Program-made: the position numbers and the translations under genes
Notes under the pieces: generated by a model
The model's database searches: none
The model's input: only the letters and a program-made list of their open reading frames with translations
What the model was told of the DNA's origin: nothing
Shown here: positions 1 to 9,986 of the stretch, one piece after another
How positions within the stretch are numbered: position 1 is the stretch's first letter
Layout of the letters: the number at the start of each line of letters is the position of its first letter
Source: Nitrospinales bacterium
GTDB taxonomy: Bacteria > Nitrospinota > Nitrospinia > Nitrospinales > VA-1
DNA length: 64,000 nucleotides
Assembly (NCBI GenBank): GCA_965223345.1
Contig: CBDCWG010000012.1
Span: 463,629 to 527,628, forward strand
Direction: 5' to 3'

Positions 1-624
1 TACCGGAAACAGGACGAGGTAAAACCCGATGATGAACACGGTACCCAGGATATCCTGCAGTTCGGGGGCCATGATCTGCACGCCGACCAGCACACCGATG
101 GCAAGAATGAGGAACAGGGAGAACTTCATGAAACCCATCAAGAGTTCCTTGGGGGTGCCGTGGTACTCGAACGGATCGCCGGCAAAATGGGTGTTGGACC
201 AGATGTAATTGCGCACCTTGGTCTTGGCCCAGAAATGGTAAATCCCCAGGGTGAAGACGCGCTTGATCCAGTTGGTGAGGAACAGCATGAACAGCTCGCC
301 GCCTTTTCCGGAAAAGCTCAGATCCAGCCCCGGACCGGAGTGGCCCATGGCGGAATCCGCTTCGCCGTACGCGTCGTCCATTGACGCCTCGTCTCCAGGA
401 GACACCATCTGCGCCTGAAACCCGAGGCTGTTGAGGTACTGCACCGCAGTCGCCGCCTGCCGGTCGGACACCGGGTGCTCGAACTTCCAGGAATCGCCAT
501 CGCTCAGGCGTCGCAGGATGTCCGCGCCCTGCTCCACGGTCATGCGGAACACTTTCGCCATTTTCTCGACGGCCAGGTCCTCATCCGGGCCATCCCATGC
601 ATTTAAAACGATCACTTGACTCAT
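1..624 (-). CDS. DUF898/YjgN-family membrane protein with a soluble N-terminal extension; 3' end cut by the window edge
   Basis: I hand-translated the minus strand from ATG at comp(622-624), with GGAGGAGG 5 nt upstream. It reads MSQVIVLNAWDGPDEDL...GGELFMLFLTNWIKRVFTLGIYHFWAKTKVRNYIWSNTHFAGDPFEYHGTPKELLMGFMKFSLFLILAIG. The TLGIY-FWAK-RNY and F-x-Y-x-G motifs match my memory of YjgN/DUF898. It is missing from the ORF track because it runs off the edge. Confidence 0.7.
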   Translation of the reverse strand, partial: MSQVIVLNAWDGPDEDLAVEKMAKVFRMTVEQGADILRRLSDGDSWKFEHPVSDRQAATAVQYLNSLGFQAQMVSPGDEASMDDAYGEADSAMGHSGPGLDLSFSGKGGELFMLFLTNWIKRVFTLGIYHFWAKTKVRNYIWSNTHFAGDPFEYHGTPKELLMGFMKFSLFLILAIGVLVGVQIMAPELQDILGTVFIIGFYLVLFPV

Positions 625-1038
625 GAAGACTCCTCCTCCGTCTCAATGGGTGTTTCCGTTTTTTCGGCCGGTCCCGCGTCGCCACATTTCGGGACCCTGA
701 ATCATCGACAATTAAAAATCCGCAAACGCAGCTGCGCAGGATAAAAAACCGCGCGCCTTCACGTCCGGAAAAAATATTTTCAACTTGGTTTGTGTGACCC
801 CAAAAGATTCCAACCCCTTTAAATACAGTAACATGAATTGCCCGGCCCGTCCATAAGAGATTGAATTTAAAACACTTTTTCGCCTCCGGGCGGCAACGCC
901 CGCCGCCTCTGAAAAGAGGGAACGGCAACCCCTCGATGCGGTTTTTTGCGATTCAGGGGCCGATAATTGAACGGCTTTCGCGGTTTTTCGCTGCGAAAGG
1001 GAGACGACAGGCCGCGGCAATCGTGATATGATGCATAT

Positions 1039-2427
<1,389 letters not shown>

Positions 2428-2543
2428 CAAAGGAATCACTTTTCTCGCAATAATGTTGCACTTATTCCCCATTTTTTGATCGCACGATCCGGCTTTCCCC
2501 GCTGCCCCCTGATTTTAACGCCTCTGCGCCCCGCCCCCTCCCA

Positions 2544-2559
2544 CGGCACAGGGATTGCT
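2544..2559 (+). promoter_or_regulatory. sigma-54 (-24/-12) promoter candidate for the DUF4912-GH57 genes
   Basis: The sequence CGGCACAGGGATTGCT places GG (2545-2546) and GC (2557-2558) exactly 12 nt apart, as in TGGCAC-N5-TTGC, with one mismatch (C for the first T). It lies 117 nt after the activator's stop codon and 56 nt before the ATG at 2615. Confidence 0.55.
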
Positions 2560-2614
2560 CTTAGGTAGGCAGCGTTTATCGAAACCTTTTGACCGATTCC
2601 ATTCGAGGACCCGC

Positions 2615-3931
2615 ATGCCCAAACCCAGTCTCAGCAAAATGACCAAAGCCGAGCTCATCGAACTGGCGCGCAAGCGCAAGGTCGCCATCAAAACCTCCAT
2701 GCTCAAGGCGGAAATTCTCGTCCTGCTGGAAAAGCACGAAAAATCCACCGCCAGAGCGAAAAAGAAGGTGACCGCCAAAACTGCCGCCGGCAAGGGGAAA
2801 AAGACCCCGGTGAAAAAGGCGGCTCCGGCCGCGAAGAAATCCCCTGCGGCCAAAAAGGCCAAACCCAAAATTGCAAAACCGGCTGCGGCCAAAACCCAAA
2901 AAGCCGCCGCCAAAAAAGCGGTGGCGAAAAAACCCGCAAAGCCCGCCGGCAAGACCGCGCTGTTTTCCCCCTGGCCGCGTGCGGCTGAGCAAAAACCCGC
3001 CGCGGACGTCGCATCGTCCGTCGGTCTGCCGCACGGCGAAATCGAACTGGAGGACAAGGCGCAGGAAGCCAAATTCATCGTCGGCAGCGCCGATCACCAC
3101 GAACCCTGGGAGGAGACGCATCAGGAGCTGCCCGCCCGCTACGGCGACCACCGACTGGTGCTGCTGGCGCGCGATCCCTACTGGGTCCACCTTTTCTGGG
3201 AACTCGATCCCGGCAAAATCGACGAAGGCCTGGCCTCGCTGGGCTGCTCGATCGAGACGGTGCGCTGCGTGCTGCGCATCCACCCTCAGTCCGAGGGAGC
3301 GGGTTCGGTTTTCGATGTGGACGTGGATTTTCGCACCGGCCGGCATTACCTGGAACTGTCGCCTCCGGGAGCTTCGTTTTTCGCGGAGATCGGCATGACC
3401 GCCCCGAACGGCCGCTTCTATTGCCTGGCGCGCTCCAATTCGGTGACGCTGCCGCGCGACAAACCTTCGGACCGCATCGACGAACGCTGGATGACCACGG
3501 ACGAGGAGTTTGAACGGATCTACCTGCTGTCGGGAGGCCGGGAGGGCAACGGGCTCTCCGGTTCCGAAAGCATCGTGAAGCACGAGCACAAGGCGCGCCA
3601 GTGGACGCTGGAATTCCCCACCTCTCCGGTGGGCAGCCACGGCTCGGCGTTTCTGGGCGGTGAACGGCAGAAGGAATTCCGCTTCTGGCTGGATGCGGAG
3701 CTGGTGGTGTACGGCGGCGCCGACGCCGGATCGCGCATCGAGCTGGCGGGCAAGGCCGTGGACACGCGCCCGGACGGCACGTTCACGGTGCGGCTCGCTT
3801 TACCGGACGGCCCGCTCCACATCCCGGTGCGCTTCGTATCGCCGGACGGCGAGGAAAGCCACAGCGCCGATGTGGATGTGACCCGCAAAACCCGGATCGA
3901 ACAAGACGTGCCGGACTGGCAACTCTATTAG
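2615..3931 (+). CDS. Rho_N-like + Lys/Ala/Pro-rich tract + probable DUF4912 domain protein
   Basis: The ORF frame runs 2555..3931. I prefer the ATG at 2615 because GAGGA sits 6 nt upstream and the 2555 start would overlap the promoter. The N-terminus MTKAELIELARKRKVAIKTSMLKAEIL resembles the Rho N-terminal/SAP-like helix pair. Residues 44-113 are a K/A/P tract. The C-terminal part (YGDHRLVLLARDPYWVHLFWELD...) matches what I recall of DUF4912, which is commonly encoded next to GH57 genes. Confidence 0.65.
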   Translation: MPKPSLSKMTKAELIELARKRKVAIKTSMLKAEILVLLEKHEKSTARAKKKVTAKTAAGKGKKTPVKKAAPAAKKSPAAKKAKPKIAKPAAAKTQKAAAKKAVAKKPAKPAGKTALFSPWPRAAEQKPAADVASSVGLPHGEIELEDKAQEAKFIVGSADHHEPWEETHQELPARYGDHRLVLLARDPYWVHLFWELDPGKIDEGLASLGCSIETVRCVLRIHPQSEGAGSVFDVDVDFRTGRHYLELSPPGASFFAEIGMTAPNGRFYCLARSNSVTLPRDKPSDRIDERWMTTDEEFERIYLLSGGREGNGLSGSESIVKHEHKARQWTLEFPTSPVGSHGSAFLGGERQKEFRFWLDAELVVYGGADAGSRIELAGKAVDTRPDGTFTVRLALPDGPLHIPVRFVSPDGEESHSADVDVTRKTRIEQDVPDWQLY

Positions 3932-3992
3932 CCATCGAACGCCCCAAGCCGATGACCGGCAGCGGGGCTCACTCAACAGGAGAATCAAGTCT

Positions 3993-5588
3993 GTGAACTC
4001 GACACCCAAAGGATACCTCGCGCTGGTCCTGCACGCGCACCTGCCCTTCGTCCGCCATCCGGAGTACGACGAGTTTCTGGAAGAGGACTGGCTGTACGAA
4101 GCGATCACCGAAACCTACATCCCGCTGATCAATATCTTCGACGGCCTGGTGCAGGACGCGGTGCCGTTCAAACTGACCATGACGCTGACGCCGACGCTGC
4201 TGTGCATGCTGAGCGACCCCCTGCTGCAGGAGCGCTACCGGCGCTTTTTGGACAAGTCCATCGAGCTTTCGCACAAGGAACTCGAGCGCACCCGCATGCA
4301 GCCGGAGTTTCACCGCACCGCCCAGCTTTATCACTGGCGGCTGGGGCGCTCGCGGGAAACGTTCGTCAACCAGTATCAGAACAACCTGATCCACGCGTTC
4401 AAAAAGTTTCAGGAGCTGGGGCATCTGGATCTCATCACCTGCGGCGCCACGCACGGCTACCTGCCACTCATGAACCTCAAGCCGGAAGCGGTGCGGGCGC
4501 AGATTCAAACGGCGGTCGCCACGCACGAGCGGCACCTGGGCGTCAAACCCAAAGGCATCTGGCTGCCGGAATGCGGCTACGCGCCGGGGATCGAACGCCA
4601 TCTGGAGGAAGCGGGCATCCGCTTTTTCTTCACCGACACGCACGGCGTGCTGCACGCGAACCCGCGGCCGCGCTACGGCGTGTTCGCGCCGCTGTACTGC
4701 CCCAACGGGGTGGCCGCGTTCGGCCGCGACGTCGATTCCTCCAAACAGGTGTGGAGCGCCAAGGAGGGTTATCCCGGCGACGCCAACTACCGCGAGTATT
4801 ACCGCGACATCGGGTTCGACCTGGACTACGACTACATCCGGCCCTACATCGCCGCCACCGGCGAGCGCAAGATGACCGGCTTCAAATACCATCGCATCAC
4901 CGGGGAAACGGACCAGAAAGCGCCCTACGATCCCGACCGGGCGGTGGCGAAGGCCGCCGAGCACGCGGGCAATTTCATGTTCTACCGGGAAAAACAGGTG
5001 GAGCACCTGGCCGGGGTTCTGGGCAAACCGCCGCTCATCGTCGCGCCCTACGACGCGGAGCTGTTCGGCCACTGGTGGTTCGAGGGTCCGGACTGGCTCA
5101 ATTTCCTCATCCGCAAAATCGCCTTCGACCAGGACACGATCGAGCTCACCCGGCCGACCGATTACCTGCGCCAGTTCCCAACGCACCAGGTGGCGGAACC
5201 GGCGGAATCGAGCTGGGGCTACAAGGGATTTCACGAGTACTGGCTGGGCAACCCGAACGACTGGATCTACCGGCACCTGCTCAAGGGCGCGGAACGCATG
5301 GTGCAGCTCGCGGAGAGCCACCCGCACGCGGACGGGGTCACGGAACGGGCGCTCAATCAGGCGGCGCGCGAGCTTCTGCTCGCCCAGGGCAGCGACTGGG
5401 CCTTCATCATGACCTCGGGAACGATGGTCGAGTACGCCGTCAAGCGCACGCGCGACCACCTGAACCGCTTCAACGGGCTGTACGAGGGAATCCGCCATCG
5501 CAACCTCGACGAGCGCTGGCTGGCGGAGCTGGAACGGCGGGACAACGTGTTTCCGAACGTCGATTACCGGGTGTACGCGCCCAACTAG
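3993..5588 (+). CDS. GH57-family 1,4-alpha-glucan branching enzyme homologue
   Basis: 531 aa. Motifs are LVLHAHLPFVRHPEY, ITCGATHGYLPL, IWLPECGY (nucleophile-Glu region) and YDAELFGHWWFEG (acid/base-Asp region), typical of GH57 branching enzymes with the DUF1957 C-terminal part. GTG start with CAGGAG upstream. Confidence 0.9.
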   Translation: MNSTPKGYLALVLHAHLPFVRHPEYDEFLEEDWLYEAITETYIPLINIFDGLVQDAVPFKLTMTLTPTLLCMLSDPLLQERYRRFLDKSIELSHKELERTRMQPEFHRTAQLYHWRLGRSRETFVNQYQNNLIHAFKKFQELGHLDLITCGATHGYLPLMNLKPEAVRAQIQTAVATHERHLGVKPKGIWLPECGYAPGIERHLEEAGIRFFFTDTHGVLHANPRPRYGVFAPLYCPNGVAAFGRDVDSSKQVWSAKEGYPGDANYREYYRDIGFDLDYDYIRPYIAATGERKMTGFKYHRITGETDQKAPYDPDRAVAKAAEHAGNFMFYREKQVEHLAGVLGKPPLIVAPYDAELFGHWWFEGPDWLNFLIRKIAFDQDTIELTRPTDYLRQFPTHQVAEPAESSWGYKGFHEYWLGNPNDWIYRHLLKGAERMVQLAESHPHADGVTERALNQAARELLLAQGSDWAFIMTSGTMVEYAVKRTRDHLNRFNGLYEGIRHRNLDERWLAELERRDNVFPNVDYRVYAPN

Positions 5589-5680
5589 CTCATCCCACGG
5601 AAAGGGACCGGTCAGACGGAACAGGGCCACCAGGGGCCGGATTCGGCACTCCCAACCGCTCATCGAGGCGCAGCGCGAGT

Positions 5681-5709
5681 TTGAGCCGGGCCGGTTTATG
5701 CGTTATAAT
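5681..5709 (+). promoter_or_regulatory. sigma-70-type promoter candidate for the apgM-like/lysC/cimA operon
   Basis: TTGAGC (5681-5686), a 17-nt spacer, then a perfect TATAAT (5704-5709), 42 nt upstream of the ATG at 5751. Confidence 0.5.
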
Positions 5710-5750
5710 TGAATTCTTTCCCCGGTATCCTTTGTATCCACGGTTCACCC

Positions 5751-6944
5751 ATGAAATATTTGATCGTCGTCGCCGGCGGCCTGACCGACAAGCCGGTGGC
5801 GGAAAAAGACAACAAAACGCCGCTCATGCTCTCGGAAACACCGAATCTGGACCGGTTGGCCCGGACGGGCTGTGCGGGGACGGTGCAGACAATTCCCGAG
5901 GATTTTGACGCCGGGGACGACGTGTCGCTGCTGTCCCTGCTCGGTTACGACCCGAAAGCACATCACGCCGCACCGGCGGCGCTGGAAGCGGCGGCATTGG
6001 GTGTGGAGCTGGGTGAAGGCGAAGTGCCGGTCTGCTGCGATTTCATCAAGCTGCAGTCCAGCCACAACGACATGGTGATGAAAGACTTCACCGGCGGCAA
6101 CCTGTCCAGCGAGGACGCCAGCCTGCTGCTGGAAGCGCTGGAAGAGCAAATCGAGGAGGCGCGGTTTCACGCGGGCGAAGGGCCGCACAACCTGATGGTG
6201 ATCGAAAGCCCGCCGCTCAACGGCAAGCTGAATCCGCCGAACGAGCTGATCGGCGAGGGCATCCGCCGGTTTCTTCCGGAAGGGGAGGAGTTCAAGGACC
6301 TGGTCTACATCATGAACCAGGCGCAGATCATCCTGCACAACCACCCCTACAACCGGGACCGGCAGCGGCAGGGCAAGGACACGATCAACAGCGTCTGGCT
6401 CTGGGGAACGGGCAACGCGCGTCCGCTGCCGGCGTTTCACAACCGGTGCGGCAAATCGGGGGCGGTGGTCACGCCTTCGCTGCTTTTCACGGGCATGGCC
6501 ATAGCGGCGGGGATGCACGCGGTGTTTCTGCGGGGATCGCGCGACGCGCTGGCGGAGCGGTTTCGGGAGGCGGTCGCGAAGGCGCGGGATGCGCTGGACA
6601 CGCACGATGTGGTCTACCTGCACATTCCGGATGCGGACACGCTGTCTCTCAAAGGCAACATCGACGACAAAATCCTCGCGATCGAGGATTTCGACAGCGA
6701 AGTGATGGGGCCCGTGCTCGATCTGGTGGAATCGCGCGGCGACGTGAAACTGCTGTGCGCCGTCGGCCACATGGCTTCGGTGGTGCACATGAAGTATTCG
6801 AAAGACCGGGTGCCGTTTCTGGCGTTTCCGGCACAAAAAGCGAGCGGCCTTGCGGCCTTCGATGAGGATTTCATGATGGATTCCCCGAATCATTTTAAAA
6901 GCGGGCCGGCTCTGCTCGAAGCGTTTCTTGAGGAGCGTTTGTGA
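5751..6944 (+). CDS. cofactor-independent phosphoglycerate mutase (apgM)-like protein with degenerate active-site motifs; possible alternative homoserine kinase
   Basis: MKYLIVVAGGLTDKP...TPNLDRLARTG...FDAGDDVSLLSLLGYDP...AIEDFD aligns with the archaeal-type iPGM / alkaline-phosphatase superfamily family. Its stop codon overlaps the lysC start (GTGATG at 6941-6946). The ATG at 5751 is preferred over the TTG at 5709. Confidence 0.75.
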   Translation: MKYLIVVAGGLTDKPVAEKDNKTPLMLSETPNLDRLARTGCAGTVQTIPEDFDAGDDVSLLSLLGYDPKAHHAAPAALEAAALGVELGEGEVPVCCDFIKLQSSHNDMVMKDFTGGNLSSEDASLLLEALEEQIEEARFHAGEGPHNLMVIESPPLNGKLNPPNELIGEGIRRFLPEGEEFKDLVYIMNQAQIILHNHPYNRDRQRQGKDTINSVWLWGTGNARPLPAFHNRCGKSGAVVTPSLLFTGMAIAAGMHAVFLRGSRDALAERFREAVAKARDALDTHDVVYLHIPDADTLSLKGNIDDKILAIEDFDSEVMGPVLDLVESRGDVKLLCAVGHMASVVHMKYSKDRVPFLAFPAQKASGLAAFDEDFMMDSPNHFKSGPALLEAFLEERL

Positions 6945-8221
6945 TGGCGTCCCTCATCGTGCAAAAATACGGCGGCACTTCCGTTGGCAGCATCGAGCGG
7001 ATCAAAAATGTCGCTCAACGCATCGCCAAAACCCGCGAATCGGGCAAGGACATCGTCGTGGTCGTCTCGGCCATGGCGGGCGAAACGGACAAGCTGCTGC
7101 AGATGGCGCGCTCCATCACCGATTCGCCGGAGCGCCGCGAGATGGATCTGCTTCTGTCCTCGGGCGAGCGCATCTCCAGCGCGCTGTTGACCATGGCGCT
7201 GCATGCGATCGGCTGCCCGGCCGTGTCGATGACCGGCCGGCAGATCGGCATCCAGACCGACGACAAGCACACGCGGGCGCGCATCCGCCAGATCGATGCG
7301 GAACGCTGCCTGGAGGTGCTGAAAAAAAACCACGTTGTGGTGGTGGCGGGGTTTCAGGGCATCAACCAGCACGGCGACGTGACCACGCTGGGACGGGGCG
7401 GGTCGGACACCTCGGCGGTGGCGCTGGCGTCGGTGCTGAAAGCGGAAAAGTGCGAGATCTACACGGACGTGACCGGGGTCTTCACCGCCGATCCCAACAT
7501 GGTGCCCAACGCGCAGAAACTGGACCTGGTGTCCTACGACGAAATGCTGGAAATGGCCAGCCTGGGCGCGAAGGTGCTGCAGCTGCGCTGTGTGGAGTTC
7601 GCGAAAAAATTCAACATGCCCCTGATCGTGCGGTCTTCCTACAACGATGAAGAGGGGACGCTGATCACCAAGGAGGACCCGAATATGGAACAGCCGGTGG
7701 TTTCCGGTATCATGTACGACAGAAATCAGGCCAAGATCACGGTGGTGGGGGTTCCCGATCAGCCCGGCATCGCCGCCAACCTGTTCACCGCGCTGGCCGA
7801 GGCGGCCATCTCGGTGGACATGATCATCCAGAACATCAGCGAGGAGGGACAGACCTCCATTTCGTTCACGGTGACGACGGAACACCTGAACGACGCGATG
7901 ACGGTGACCAAGGCGGTGGCCAAACAGATCCGCGCGGAAGAGATCACCACGGATTCGAACATCTCAAAAATTTCCATCGTGGGCGCGGGCATGAAAAGCC
8001 ATTCGGGCATCGCCGCCACCATGTTCAAAACCCTGTCCGAGGGCAACATCAATATCATGATGATCAGCACGTCCGAGATCAAGGTTTCCTGCGTCATCGA
8101 CCAGAACCACACCGAGGCGGCGGTGCGCGCGTTGCACGACGCCTTCGACCTGAAGTCCGGACCGGCCCTCGAATTCAGCGGCAAGGGGGGCTCGCCGGAA
8201 AACAAAATGAAAGCCCTGTGA
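6944..8221 (+). CDS. lysC: aspartate kinase
   Basis: [42 protein letters not shown] and [13 protein letters not shown] motifs, followed by two ACT-like repeats at the C-terminus. Confidence 0.95.
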   Translation: MASLIVQKYGGTSVGSIERIKNVAQRIAKTRESGKDIVVVVSAMAGETDKLLQMARSITDSPERREMDLLLSSGERISSALLTMALHAIGCPAVSMTGRQIGIQTDDKHTRARIRQIDAERCLEVLKKNHVVVVAGFQGINQHGDVTTLGRGGSDTSAVALASVLKAEKCEIYTDVTGVFTADPNMVPNAQKLDLVSYDEMLEMASLGAKVLQLRCVEFAKKFNMPLIVRSSYNDEEGTLITKEDPNMEQPVVSGIMYDRNQAKITVVGVPDQPGIAANLFTALAEAAISVDMIIQNISEEGQTSISFTVTTEHLNDAMTVTKAVAKQIRAEEITTDSNISKISIVGAGMKSHSGIAATMFKTLSEGNINIMMISTSEIKVSCVIDQNHTEAAVRALHDAFDLKSGPALEFSGKGGSPENKMKAL

Positions 8222-8223
8222 CC

Positions 8224-9807
8224 ATGAGACGGATACTGGTTTACGACACAACCCTGAGAGACGGATCGCAGTCGGAGGAGATCTCCTTCACGGTGGAGGA
8301 CAAGATCCGCATCGCCCACCAGCTGGACGATCTGGGTGTGCACTACGTCGAAGGGGGCTGGCCGGGGTCGAACCCGCGGGACATCGACTTTTTCAAACGG
8401 GTCTCGCATTCCAAGTTCAAGCAGGCCAGGATCACTTCGTTCGGCAGCACACGCTATCCGGGGAAAAACGTCGAAAAGGACGTGCTCATGCAGGCGCTGT
8501 TGCAGACGGAAACGGAAGTGGTGACGATCTTCGGCAAGTCCTGGGACATGCAGGTCGAGCAGGCGCTGGGAACGGACCGGTCGGAAAACCTGCGCATGAT
8601 CACCGAAAGCCTGGCGTATCTGAAAAAGCATTTTCAGGAAGTGCTGTTCGATGCGGAACATTTTTTCGACGGCTACAAAAGCAATCCGGAATACGCTTTG
8701 AAAGTGGTGCGGGAAGCGGAATCCGCCGGCGCCGACTGGATCGTATTGTGCGACACCAACGGCGGTTCCATGCCCTGGGAGATCCGTGAAATCACCGAAA
8801 CGGTGAAAAAAACGCTGAAAGTTCGTCTGGGCATCCACTGCCACAACGATTCGGAACTGGCGGTGGCGAATTCGCTCAACGCCGTCAGCGCCGGGGCGGA
8901 CCAGGTGCAGGGTACGGTGAACGGTTTCGGCGAGCGCTGCGGCAACGCGAACCTCATCTCGGTCATTCCCAACCTGAAAATCAAGATGGGGCTGGATTGC
9001 ATCTCCGACACACAGATGCGCCGCCTGAAGGACGTGTCTGCGTTCGTCAACGAGCTTTCCAACAAAGCGCACTGGAGCCATCAGCCCTTCGTGGGCCAGA
9101 GCGCGTTCGCCCACAAGGGCGGGGTGCACGTGAGCGCCGTGCAGAAAAACCCGCAGACCTACGAACACATGGATCCGGAAGCGGTGGGCAATCACCGGCG
9201 CATCCTCGTCTCGGACCTTTCCGGGAAAAGCAACATCCTCTACAAGGCCAAGGAATTCGGCATCGATGTGAACGGCAGCGACCCCAAGGTCAAAAACATC
9301 CTCGACACGCTGAAATCGATGGAGAACCTCGGGTATCAGTACGAAGGCGCGGAGGGTTCGTTCGAGCTGTTGATGCACGAAGCGCTGGGCGACAAGCAGG
9401 TGTTTTTCGATTTCGTCGGTTTCCGGGTGATCGTCGAGAAGCGGCGCGAAGACGAAGAACCCATTTCCGAAGCGACGGTCAAGATCCGCGTCAACGGCGT
9501 GCCGGAAGTGACGGCGGCGGAAGGCACCGGACCGGTCAACGCGCTCGACAAAGCCATCAAGAAAGCCCTGATCAAATTTTATCCGGAGCTGGCGGAGGTC
9601 AACCTGTACGATTACAAGGTGCGCATCCTGGATGAAAAGAAAGGCACCCGCTCCAAAACCCGTGTTCTGGTGGAATCCGGCGACCCGCACTGCAAATGGG
9701 GCACGGTCGGGGTTTCCGAGAACATCATCGAAGCGAGCTGGCAGGCGCTGCTCGACAGCATCGAATACAAACTCAACGCCTTCTCCAAGAAAAGCGACTC
9801 CCAATAA
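8224..9807 (+). CDS. cimA: (R)-citramalate synthase (CimA clade of the LeuA/HMGL-like family)
   Basis: [64 protein letters not shown] and a LeuA-dimer-type C-terminus. Its length of about 527 aa and the GGWPGSNP motif fit CimA rather than long LeuA. The start is ATG 8224 or GTG 8218, the latter overlapping the lysC stop. Confidence 0.85.
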   Translation: MRRILVYDTTLRDGSQSEEISFTVEDKIRIAHQLDDLGVHYVEGGWPGSNPRDIDFFKRVSHSKFKQARITSFGSTRYPGKNVEKDVLMQALLQTETEVVTIFGKSWDMQVEQALGTDRSENLRMITESLAYLKKHFQEVLFDAEHFFDGYKSNPEYALKVVREAESAGADWIVLCDTNGGSMPWEIREITETVKKTLKVRLGIHCHNDSELAVANSLNAVSAGADQVQGTVNGFGERCGNANLISVIPNLKIKMGLDCISDTQMRRLKDVSAFVNELSNKAHWSHQPFVGQSAFAHKGGVHVSAVQKNPQTYEHMDPEAVGNHRRILVSDLSGKSNILYKAKEFGIDVNGSDPKVKNILDTLKSMENLGYQYEGAEGSFELLMHEALGDKQVFFDFVGFRVIVEKRREDEEPISEATVKIRVNGVPEVTAAEGTGPVNALDKAIKKALIKFYPELAEVNLYDYKVRILDEKKGTRSKTRVLVESGDPHCKWGTVGVSENIIEASWQALLDSIEYKLNAFSKKSDSQ

Positions 9808-9811
9808 GACC

Positions 9812-9844
9812 GCGGTGGATTCCCCTCCACCGCTCTCCTTTTTT
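9812..9844 (+). terminator. Rho-independent terminator after cimA
   Basis: GCGGTGGA (9812-9819) pairs with TCCACCGC (9826-9833) around a 6-nt loop, followed by TCTCCTTTTTT. Confidence 0.7.
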
Positions 9845-9986
9845 GCCCTCCCCTCTGTCATAAACCCTCATCGTTTCGCTTTCATAAATCCGTCTTAGGG
9901 GTCGTCGTTTCATTGAAATTCTGGGCCTTATATGGTAACCTACTGTTAATATTATTTTATGTAGCATTATTTCTACATAAGGTGTC

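Noticed and set aside
3969-5663. 564-aa minus-strand ORF covering the whole GH57 gene
   Set aside because: It lies antisense to a gene with unmistakable GH57 motifs. Its translation is Arg/Ala/Gly/Pro/His-rich with no motifs. This is a typical shadow ORF of a high-GC genome.
7759-9861. 700-aa minus-strand ORF opposite lysC/cimA
   Set aside because: Same reasoning. It spans two real genes on the other strand and has junk-like composition (runs of R, A, G, V, F, H). Such antisense ORFs are often mis-annotated as NAD-glutamate-dehydrogenase-like.
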